Source: Candidatus Spongiisociaceae bacterium
GTDB lineage: Bacteria > Actinomycetota > Acidimicrobiia > Spongiisociales > Spongiisociaceae
Direction: 5' to 3'
Assembly (NCBI GenBank): GCA_965202665.1
Contig: OZ241841.1
Coordinates: 416,001-480,000 of the forward strand
DNA length: 64,000 bases
The notes beneath the pieces are model-generated. The model was not told the DNA's origin. It searched no databases and saw nothing but the letters and a program-made list of their open reading frames with translations. The position numbers were made by a program, and so were the translations under genes. This document shows positions 40,900 to 50,122 of this stretch, piece by piece. Within the stretch, counting starts at the first letter, position 1; every line of letters begins with the position of its first letter.

Positions 40900-43663
40900 T
40901 CAGGATTGAAAGATTTGCTGGGATGGGGCGACGGCCTCGTGGGCGTGTTGCAAAAGGTTGTTCCAGGAAACAATCAGCGAATTATAAGCCACCGCATCCT
41001 CAGTGCGACCGGCTCCGTTGGCCACCTCATACAGCAAGTAGGCCAGATGACGGGCGTAGTCGCCCAAACCCGGTCCCGCCCGAGCCAGCAACACCCCGGC
41101 CTGGGCATCCGACCTGCCCTGGCGGGCCACCAAATGCTGAGTGAGCTCCCACACCGTCAACCGCCGATCCTCCGCCGGATCCCACTCCGGATCCAACTCA
41201 TCCCTGGTCAACAACCGCACTCGGCCCCCTTTGGATTCCGCCACCTCCGCCTCCACCACCCCCGACACTGACGTGTTCATCGCCTTCGCCAACGTCTCCG
41301 CATCCCCAAACGGACCCGGCTGATGACCGAACTGCCGATACCAGGTAAGGGCGAACCTGCTGTCGGCATCCAAATCGGTCTCCTCCTGGGACAGGATTTC
41401 CTCCAGCACCCCGTTAATCAGAGCCAGGGCGGTGCGTACCCGCATCGTGGAACCGTCTGCTTCCACCACCCGCTTATACCGGGAGAACACCCGCATACCC
41501 GGCCCGATAGCCGACTGCGCCATATCCACCGGCGGGATAGCCTGCTCCTGCAACAAACCCACCGCCTCCGGCAACTCCTCCCGCAACGCCGCCAAAAACC
41601 CACCCCGCGTCTCCAACCGAGCATCCACCCCCCGAGGCCGACAAGCCAACACCACCGACGACGACAACGCCGCGGCACCCTCGGCCACCGCCCGATTCGC
41701 CATCTCAGTTCGAACCGGCCAAGTCGCAGTAACCTCTAACCCAGCATCCACCAAGCCCTGCAAAAACGTCTCCCAACCGGTAGATGTTGTTGTCCCCTCT
41801 TTTATTTCCTGCTGTTTGAAACCATAAAAAAGGGTTGACGGAAAGTCGGAATGTTGATTTTGGGCTATCTGTTCCATTACTGCCAACATCCCCGACTCAA
41901 AATGTTTCCTCGCGTCATCTTGGGAACCTGCTCTCCAAGTATTAGAAACCAACTCATCTTTTTTTGGCGTCTGCAAGGTAGCACACTCATCCGGCCACAC
42001 ATCCGACAGATTATGACGAAGCCACACATAGAAAAAATCAGATATATCCGCATACTGAATATTGTCATAGTAGGGAGGATCAGTGCAAACAAGCGGTCTC
42101 TCCACTTCAACCAACCGAGCTGCCGCATCCCGTTGTAAAATCTCCCCAATATCGGAAGCTGGAAAATGAGCAACAGCCTTCGCTACCCAGTTCACCTGCC
42201 CCAGCCAGTTACCAGTTGATCCAGAAAATGGATTAACCTCAGCATAATCCCAAATCATCGCTATTGCCTGCCTTCCGAATGTACAACGGATTTTTTCGGA
42301 TCTGTTTTGCCAACTGCACACTGAGGACCAGTAATCGGCGCACCTATCAACTGCGAAAGCCAAATAGGTAACCAACGCATCAGCATACGCAACTACGCCC
42401 AACCCACCATCACGAACCCTTGTTCCATCATCAATCCACCCAACATTACGAATATCCTGCTCAACCTTCTCTCTCAATTCGGATAACAAATCGGAAAAGG
42501 TCGTCAAAGCAACCAACTGACGAGAAGTAAACAAATCACCCCACTCGGTCATACCATACGCAGGAACACTGTCAGTAGCTTTTCCTTGTAACTTACCAGA
42601 TGGCCTCCATCGTGGCTCCGGAACATCCGGTTTTTCAGGTGGCGATACGTACTCGCGACCTCTGCTCCCTTCAACTACAGCACCTATACATTCTTCCCTC
42701 ATCAATCCACGCTGACCCTGCTCCCTTACATATCCGAGCGCAATCGGCGCTCCGGTCGCCACGCAGATGCCTCCTCCCCTGGCGATGGTGCCTCCCTTTG
42801 GAGTTCCGCCTTCCCTCACCTGGTAGGTCACTGTTTGGGTGTCCCGGTTCACAATCGGTTCTACCCACACCACCGGCTTGCCCGGCTTGTTGCGCAGCAC
42901 CCCAGATTTGAGCAGGGGCACATGGCCTTTCCAGGACGGGTCGGGGGACTGGACGGTCCTGGCCCACAACCAGGCAATCACCGTTTTGCCATCCACCTTT
43001 GGGTATAGATGGCCTATTTGTTCCCACGCCCGCTCCCGCATCCACTCTCCGTAGTATCTGATGTCCTCGGCTAAACCCTGCGCACCCTTCCAAGTCTTCA
43101 ACCCCGACTCCCCACGGCTGACGGGATTGACCGGGGGCCGTCCCGCGAAGCGAGGCGGAATCTCCACCATCGCCTTTGTTATCAAGACGGGGACGGGGTT
43201 TAGATCGCCCCCGTAAGCGGACAGGCCCAACCGTTGGGCCTCTAGTGGAATCGTCCCGCCGCCGCAGAACGGGTCCAAGACTTTGATGTTTTGGAGGGCT
43301 TTTAGATGGTTAGTGTGTGTGTGTGTGTGTGTGTGTTACTACACTATTTATGATTTCTTGACGAGCCTCATCCAAAACATCCTGATCGTTGCTACTCTCC
43401 CAACGCACCAACCGTTCCAGAACGCCGAACAGACGCTTGCGCTCAATCTTCTGGTCTTCCACCGTTGGGAAAACATCCGGACGGGAAGACGGATCATCCA
43501 CCAGCGACGCCCACAACACCGCCCGCGCCGCCGCCAACGGACGACGGGCCCACCACAAATGCAAAGTCGAAGGATGGCCGTGACGAATAGACTTCTCGCG
43601 GGCCGACTCCCGGCTTATCACCTCCAACGGCAACGCCACCTCAATAAGTTTCCTTTTTTTCAA
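40900..43663 (-). CDS. DUF1156-family amino-DNA methyltransferase copy C, frameshifted at an (AC)12 tract (phase OFF)
   Basis: TTG start with GGGAGG; [18 protein letters not shown]-domain stops at TAA after THTHTHTH; DPFCGGG...DPPYY continues in another frame. Confidence 0.9.
43313..43336 (-). repeat. (AC)12 dinucleotide SSR inside MTase copy C
   Basis: (GT)12 on plus strand; 13 or 10 units would restore the frame. Confidence 0.97.
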
Positions 43664-43727
43664 GCAACCTCCCAGAGCAAAGCCGTGCAAAAGCCTACCT
43701 GCACCACATCCGGGGGGTGGGGCAGGA

Positions 43728-46430
43728 TTAGAGGGTTTGCTGGAAGGGGGTGGCGGCCTCGTGGGCGTGTTGCAGGATGTTGTTCCAAGACAGGACCAGC
43801 GAATTGTAGGCTACCGCGTCCTCGGTGCGGCCGGTGCTGTTGGCCGCCTCGTATAACAGGTAGGACAAATGACGGGCTTGGTCGCCCAAACCGGGTCCCG
43901 CCTTCGCCAGCAACCACCCGGCTTGGGCGTCCGACCTGGCCTGGCGGGCCGCCATATGCTGAGTGAGCTCCCACACCGTCAACCGCCGATCCTTCGGCGG
44001 ATTCCACTCCGGGTCCAACTCGTCCCTGGTCAGCAACCGCACCTTGCTCCCCTTGGACTCCGCCACACCGGCATCCACTACCCCGGACACCGACGTGTTC
44101 ATCGCCTTCGCCAACGTCTCCGCATCCCCGAACGGACCCGGCTGATGGCCAAACTTCTTATACCAAGTCAGGGCGAACCGGCTGTCGGCATCCAAATCGG
44201 CCTCCGCCGTTGACAGGACTTCTTCCAGCACCCCGTTAATCAGAGCCAAAGCGGTGCGCACCGGCATTGTGGAGCCGTCCGCTTCCACCACCCGGCGATA
44301 CCGGGAGAACACCCGCATGCCCGGGCCGATAGCCGACTGCGCCATATCCACCGGCGGGATGGCCTGCTCCTGCAACAACCACACCGCCTCCGGTAACTCT
44401 TCCCGCAACGCCGACAAAAACCCGCCCCGCGTCTCCAACCGCGCATCCACCGACCGAGGCCGACACACCAACACCACCGACGACGACAACGCCGCGGCGC
44501 CCCTGGCCGCCGCCCGATTCGCCCTCTCGGTTCGAATCGGCCATGTGGCGGTTACTTCTAAGCCGGCATCCACCAAACCCTGCAACATCTCCCAGCCGCC
44601 TGATTTCACGTCCTGCTGTTTGAAAGCGCAAAAGATCGTCGCTGGAAAGTCAGCGTGTTGATTATGGGCTATCTGTTTCATTACCGCGGACATTCCCGAC
44701 TCAAAATATTCTCTTGCTTTATCTTGCGAACCCGCTCGTTGAACATTAGCTACCAGTTCTTCTTTCTTTGGCGTCTGCAAAGTGGCGCACTCTTCCGGCC
44801 ACACATCCGACAGGTTACGACGAAGCCATACATAGAAAAAATCGGAAATATCCGCATATTGAATGTTATCATAATGGGGCGGGTCTGTACAAATAACCGG
44901 TCTCTCCACTTCAACCAATCGGGCTACCGCATCTCCTTGCAAAACCTCCCCGGTATCAGAACCCGGCAAATTGGCAACGGCCTTTGCTATCCACTCCACC
45001 TGCCCCATCCAGTTACCGGTTGACCCAGAAAACGGATTACCCTCAACATAATCCCAAATCATCGCTATTGCTTGCCTTCCAAATGTACCGCGAATGATTT
45101 CCCTACTGCTATTCCAACTGCACATTGAAGACCAATAATCGGCGCACCTGTCAACTGCGAAAGCCAAATAGGTTACCAAAGCATCAGCATAGGCGACCAC
45201 ACCCGACCCGTCATCCCGAAGCCTGATTGCATCATCAACTCCACTCACGCTGCGGGCGTCTCGCTCAACCATCTCCCTCATCTCGGATAGCAAATCAGAA
45301 AAGGTCGTCAGGGCAACCATCTGACGAACGGTAAACAAATCCGCCCACTCATTTATCCCATACAAGGAAACATTGCTACCTGCTTTTCCTTGTAACTTAC
45401 CGGATGGCATCCATCGCGGCTCCGGAACATCCGGCATTATGGGCGGAACGACATATTCACAACCGCCACTACCTTCAACCACTGCGCATACGCACGCTTC
45501 CCCCATCAACCCCCGCTGACCTTGCTCTCTTACATAATGGAGCGTAATGGGGGCTCCGGTCGCAACGCAGACGCCCCCGCCCCTGGCGATGGTGCCTCCT
45601 TTAGGCGTTCCGCCTTCCCTCACCTGAAAGGCCACCGTTTGGGCATCCCGATTTGCTATTGGCTCCACCCACGCCGCCGGTTTGCCCGGCTTGTTGCGCA
45701 ACACCCCGGATTTGAGCAGGGACACATGGCCTTTCCAGGCCGGGTCGGGGGACTGGACGGTTCTGGCCCACAACCAGGCGATCACCGTTTTGCCATCCAC
45801 CTTCGGATACAGACGGCCGATACGCTCCCAGGCTCGCTCCCGCATCCACTCCCCGTAAAAACGGATGTCCGCGGCCAACCCCTGCGTCCCCTCCCAAACC
45901 TTCGAACCCGACTCGGCAAGGCGGGAAGGATTGACCGGCGGCCGTCCCGCAAAGCGGAACGGGATCTCCACCATCGCCTTCGTTATCAAAACCGGAACCG
46001 GATTCAAATCGCCCCCGTACGCGGACAGGCCCAAACGTTGGGCCTCCAACGGAATCGTCCCGCCCCCGCAGAAGGGGTCCAACACGTTGGGCAAATCATC
46101 CCCGCACGACGCCCCAATCTCGGCCTTGGCTTCAGCCAACACCTCCTGATTGTTGCTGTTTTCCCACACCACCAAGCGTTCCAAAATGTCAAACAGGCGC
46201 TTGCGCTCCCTCTTCTGGTCTTCAACCTTAGGGAACCTGCCGGGATGGGCGGACGGGTCGTCCACCAGCGACGCCCACAACACCGCCCGCGCCGCCGCCA
46301 ACGGACGGCGGGCCCACCACAAATGCAAAGTGGAAGGATGGCCGTGCCGGATGGATTTCTCCCGGGCCGACTCCCGACTGATCGCCTCCAACGGCAACGC
46401 CACCTCAATCAGTTTTCTTTTCAGATTCAA
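43728..46430 (-). CDS. DUF1156-family amino-DNA methyltransferase copy B (no SSR; DPPH motif)
   Basis: [16 protein letters not shown] motif [11 protein letters not shown] motif IV variant; TTG start with GGGAGG. Confidence 0.9.
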   Translation of the reverse strand: MNLKRKLIEVALPLEAISRESAREKSIRHGHPSTLHLWWARRPLAAARAVLWASLVDDPSAHPGRFPKVEDQKRERKRLFDILERLVVWENSNNQEVLAEAKAEIGASCGDDLPNVLDPFCGGGTIPLEAQRLGLSAYGGDLNPVPVLITKAMVEIPFRFAGRPPVNPSRLAESGSKVWEGTQGLAADIRFYGEWMRERAWERIGRLYPKVDGKTVIAWLWARTVQSPDPAWKGHVSLLKSGVLRNKPGKPAAWVEPIANRDAQTVAFQVREGGTPKGGTIARGGGVCVATGAPITLHYVREQGQRGLMGEACVCAVVEGSGGCEYVVPPIMPDVPEPRWMPSGKLQGKAGSNVSLYGINEWADLFTVRQMVALTTFSDLLSEMREMVERDARSVSGVDDAIRLRDDGSGVVAYADALVTYLAFAVDRCADYWSSMCSWNSSREIIRGTFGRQAIAMIWDYVEGNPFSGSTGNWMGQVEWIAKAVANLPGSDTGEVLQGDAVARLVEVERPVICTDPPHYDNIQYADISDFFYVWLRRNLSDVWPEECATLQTPKKEELVANVQRAGSQDKAREYFESGMSAVMKQIAHNQHADFPATIFCAFKQQDVKSGGWEMLQGLVDAGLEVTATWPIRTERANRAAARGAAALSSSVVLVCRPRSVDARLETRGGFLSALREELPEAVWLLQEQAIPPVDMAQSAIGPGMRVFSRYRRVVEADGSTMPVRTALALINGVLEEVLSTAEADLDADSRFALTWYKKFGHQPGPFGDAETLAKAMNTSVSGVVDAGVAESKGSKVRLLTRDELDPEWNPPKDRRLTVWELTQHMAARQARSDAQAGWLLAKAGPGLGDQARHLSYLLYEAANSTGRTEDAVAYNSLVLSWNNILQHAHEAATPFQQTL

Positions 46431-46493
46431 ACCACCTCCCAGAGCAAACCGCCAAAAGCCTACCCCGCATCACATTCCAAGGGAAGGTCGGGA

Positions 46494-49283
46494 TTAGAGG
46501 GTTTGCTGGACGGGGGCGACGGCCTCGTGGGCGTGTTGCAGAAGGTTGTTCCAGGAAACAATCAGCGAATTGTAAGCCACCGCATCCTCAGTGCGGCCAG
46601 CACTGTTGGCCACCTCATACAGCAAGTAGGCCAGATGACGGGCATAGTCGCCCAAACCCGGTCCCGCCCGAGCCAGCAACACCCCGGCCTGGACATCCGA
46701 CCGGCCCTGGCGGGCCACCAAATGCTGAGTAAGCTCCCACACCGTCAACCGCCGATCCTCCGCCGGATCCCACTCCGGGTCCAACTCATCCCTGGTCAAC
46801 AACCGCACCTTGCCGCCCTTAGATTCCGCCACCTCCGCCTCCACCACCCCCGACACCGACGTGTTCATCGCCTTCGCCAACGTCTCCGCATCCCCAAACG
46901 GACCCGGCTGATGCCCAAACTGCCGATACCAGGTAAGGGCAAACCGGCTGTCGGCATCCAAATCGGTCTCCTCCTGAGACAGGATTTCCTCCAGCACCCC
47001 GTTAATCAAGGCAAGGGCGGTGCGCACCCGCATCGTGGAACCGTCCGCTTCCACCACCCGCTTATACCGGGAGAACACTCGCATACCAGGTCCGATAGCC
47101 GACTGCGCCATATCCACCGGAGGAATGGCCTGCTCCTGCAACAACCCCACCGCCTCCGGCAATTCTTCCCGCAACGCCGCCAAAAACCCACCCCGCGTCT
47201 CCAACCGAGCATCCACCGACCGCGGCCGACAAGCCAACACCACCGACGACGCCAGTAACGCTTTAGTCTTAGAACCCAATTTTCCAGGCCTTTCAGTCCG
47301 AATAGGCCAAGTCGCAATTACCTGCAAACCAGCATCCACCAGACTTTGCAGAAACGTCTCCCAACCGGTAGATGTAGTCTCACCAGATTTGATCTCCTTC
47401 TGTTTGAAAGCATAGAAAATCGTCGACGGGAAATCGGGATGTTGATTATGGGCTATCTGCTCCATCACTTTAAACATTCCTGACTCAAAATGTTCTTTTG
47501 CTACTTCTTTGGACCCTGCTCGCCAACGATTAGCAACTAACTCCTCTTTCTTTGGCGTCTGTAGTGTTGAACATTCATCTGGCCATACATCCGACAGGTT
47601 ACGACGGAGCCATACATAGAAAAAATCTGAAATATCGGCATAAAAAATATTATCATAATAAGGCGGATCCGTACTAATAACCGGTCTTTCCACCTTACCT
47701 AACTGTGCTACTGCATCTCGTTGCCAAATATCACCAAACGGCGAACTTGGTAAATGAGCAACGGATTTAGCTACCCATTCAATCTGGCCTAACCAATTAC
47801 CAGTTGAAAAAGAGAATGGGTTGGCTTCCGCAAAGTCCCAAACCATACCTATTACCTGCCTACCAAAAAGGCTTGCGATTTTTTCGGCACCGTCCTGCCA
47901 TCTTGATAAGCTATTCCATCGGTCAGTACACCTATCTATAGCAAAAGCTAGGTATGTTATAACTGCATCTGCATAGGCAATATTACCAATCCCACCATCC
48001 CTGAAACCTCTTTTCTCATTAGTCAGTCCCCTGTGAATTGCGTCTTCCTCTACCATCGCTCTTATGTCTAATAGTAAATCGGAAAAGATATTTAAAGCAA
48101 TCAACTGGCGATTAGTAAACAAGTCTCCCCACTCAATCATCCCGTACAAAGGAACATTACCTGAGGCCTTGCCATGCAAAGTACCAACAGGCATCCAGAA
48201 AGGTGCCGGAATATCGGGTATTACAGGCGCAGAAACATACTCACGACCTCTGCTTCCTGCAACTACAACCCCTATACATACTTTTCGTATTAATCCTTTC
48301 TTGCCTTGCTCCTTAATATAATCGAGCAAAATCGGGGCACCGGTCGCAATGCAGACACCTCCTCCCCTCCCAATAGTGCCTCCACTCGGCGTTCCACTTT
48401 TCCTTACTTGGTAGATCACTGTTTGGGTATCCCGGTTCACAATTGGCTCTACCCACACCACTGGCTTGCCCGGCTTGTTGCGTAGCACCCCGGATTTGAG
48501 CAAGGGCACGTGGCCTTTCCAGGACGGGTCGGGGGACTGTACCGTCCTAGCCCACAACCAGGCGATCACCGTTTTGCCATCCACCTTTGGGTATAGATAA
48601 CCTATTTGTTCCCACGCCTTCTTTCGCATCCACTCTCCGTAGTATCTGATGTCCTCTGCTAAACCCTGCGCTCCCTTCCAAGTCTTCAACCCCGACTCCC
48701 CACGACTGACAGGGTTGACCGGCGGCTGTCCCGCGAACCGAGGTGGGATTTCCACCATCGCCTTGCTGATTAGTACTGCAACAGGGTTTAGGTCACCCCC
48801 ATACGCGGAGAGGCCCAAACGTTGGGCCTCCAGTGGAATCGTCCCTCCCCCACAGAAGGGATCTAAAACCTTGATTTTTGATAGAATCTCTGCTAGGTTA
48901 TCATTAGCTGTTGTGTTGTGTTGTGTTGTGTTGTGTTGTGTTGTGTTGTGTTGTGTTGTGTTGTGTTGGCTATTTGCGATTTCTCTTCGGGCTTGATCCA
49001 ACACGTCCTGGTTGTTGGAATTTTCCCAAACCACAAGCCTTTCCAGGATTCCGAATAGTCTTTTTCTCTCGACCTTTTGATCTTCTGCGGTGGGGAACTG
49101 GTCGGGGTGGGAGGACGGGTCATCCACCAGCGACGCCCACAGCACCGCCCGCGCCGCCGCCAGCGGGCGGCGGGCCCACCATAGATGCAGGGTGGAAGGG
49201 TGGCCGTGCCGGATGGCTTTCTCGCGGGCGGATTCCCTGCTTATGGCCTCCAGGGGCAGGGCTACTTCTATCAGTTTCTTCAT
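46494..49283 (-). CDS. DUF1156-family amino-DNA methyltransferase copy A, in frame across (CAACA)12 (phase ON)
   Basis: [20 protein letters not shown], (QHNTT)4, [17 protein letters not shown]. Confidence 0.93.
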   Translation of the reverse strand: MKKLIEVALPLEAISRESAREKAIRHGHPSTLHLWWARRPLAAARAVLWASLVDDPSSHPDQFPTAEDQKVERKRLFGILERLVVWENSNNQDVLDQARREIANSQHNTTQHNTTQHNTTQHNTTANDNLAEILSKIKVLDPFCGGGTIPLEAQRLGLSAYGGDLNPVAVLISKAMVEIPPRFAGQPPVNPVSRGESGLKTWKGAQGLAEDIRYYGEWMRKKAWEQIGYLYPKVDGKTVIAWLWARTVQSPDPSWKGHVPLLKSGVLRNKPGKPVVWVEPIVNRDTQTVIYQVRKSGTPSGGTIGRGGGVCIATGAPILLDYIKEQGKKGLIRKVCIGVVVAGSRGREYVSAPVIPDIPAPFWMPVGTLHGKASGNVPLYGMIEWGDLFTNRQLIALNIFSDLLLDIRAMVEEDAIHRGLTNEKRGFRDGGIGNIAYADAVITYLAFAIDRCTDRWNSLSRWQDGAEKIASLFGRQVIGMVWDFAEANPFSFSTGNWLGQIEWVAKSVAHLPSSPFGDIWQRDAVAQLGKVERPVISTDPPYYDNIFYADISDFFYVWLRRNLSDVWPDECSTLQTPKKEELVANRWRAGSKEVAKEHFESGMFKVMEQIAHNQHPDFPSTIFYAFKQKEIKSGETTSTGWETFLQSLVDAGLQVIATWPIRTERPGKLGSKTKALLASSVVLACRPRSVDARLETRGGFLAALREELPEAVGLLQEQAIPPVDMAQSAIGPGMRVFSRYKRVVEADGSTMRVRTALALINGVLEEILSQEETDLDADSRFALTWYRQFGHQPGPFGDAETLAKAMNTSVSGVVEAEVAESKGGKVRLLTRDELDPEWDPAEDRRLTVWELTQHLVARQGRSDVQAGVLLARAGPGLGDYARHLAYLLYEVANSAGRTEDAVAYNSLIVSWNNLLQHAHEAVAPVQQTL
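48909..48968 (-). repeat. (CAACA)12 pentanucleotide SSR inside MTase copy A
   Basis: (TGTTG)12 on plus strand = 60 nt, encoding QHNTT x4. Confidence 0.97.
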
Positions 49284-49297
49284 CGGGGCAACCTTAG

Positions 49298-50122
49298 TTA
49301 CTTGGCCCGGAGCGTGGCCTGATATAGGGCCCGGCGGCTTAGGCCTGTGTTTTCGGCTACTTGGCGCACTGCGTCCGACATGGCCGCGCCCGCCTCCATT
49401 CGGGACAGCACTTCGGTTACCGCTTCGTCCAGCGGGGCTTCCCCGGCCTCCGCCCCCTCGACGACCAGGGTGAATTCGCCTTGGGGCTTTTCCGACCCCC
49501 ATTTTTCCTCCGCCTCCTCCAGCGTGCCCCACCATATTTCTTCGTGCATTTTGGTCAGCTCCCGGGCGGCGCACGTCCGCCGGTGGCCGCCCAGGGCTTC
49601 GGCCAAACTTTCCAGGTCGTCCAACAGGTGGTGGGGGGCGATGAACAGCACCATCGGGCGTTCCTCCCCGGCCAAGGATTCCAGGCGCCGGGCGCGGTCG
49701 CCTCCTTTGCGGGGCAGAAACCCTTCGAACGTGAACCGGTCGGCGGCGAACCCGGATACGGCCAGGGCGGCCGGGACGGCGCAGGGGCCGGGAATCACCG
49801 ACACTTCCGCCCCGGCCCGCAGGGCGTCCGCCACCGCCCGGCGCCCCGGATCGGCCACCCCCGGCGTCCCGGCGTCGGTGATCAGGGCCGCCGTCCCCCC
49901 CGCCTCCAACATGCGCGCCAGCCGCTCCGACTTCTGCGCTTCGTTGCCCGCGTAATAAGATTCGGGGCGGACGGACGCCCCGCAATGTTCCAGCAAAATC
50001 CGGGCCCGGCGGGTGTCTTCGGCGAACACCGCGTCCGCTTCCCGCAACGTTTCCAGCAGGCGGGCGGAAACATCCCCCAGGTTGCCGATGGGGGTGGCGC
50101 ACAGAATCAGCCGGCCGCTCAT
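49298..50122 (-). CDS. rsmI: 16S rRNA C1402 2'-O-methyltransferase
   Basis: LILCATPIGNLGD, AEDTR, DAGTPGVADPG, ARELTK.HEE. Confidence 0.97.
   Translation of the reverse strand: MSGRLILCATPIGNLGDVSARLLETLREADAVFAEDTRRARILLEHCGASVRPESYYAGNEAQKSERLARMLEAGGTAALITDAGTPGVADPGRRAVADALRAGAEVSVIPGPCAVPAALAVSGFAADRFTFEGFLPRKGGDRARRLESLAGEERPMVLFIAPHHLLDDLESLAEALGGHRRTCAARELTKMHEEIWWGTLEEAEEKWGSEKPQGEFTLVVEGAEAGEAPLDEAVTEVLSRMEAGAAMSDAVRQVAENTGLSRRALYQATLRAK

Noticed and set aside
48893-49123. Short ORFs with NTTQH or CCVVL repeats as separate peptides
   Set aside because: They are alternative-frame or antisense readings of the (CAACA)12 tract
46494-50102. 1202-aa ORF suggesting a long N-terminal extension of the MTase
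   Set aside because: The extension is an alternative frame over rsmI; paralog alignment places the start at MKKLIEV (49283)
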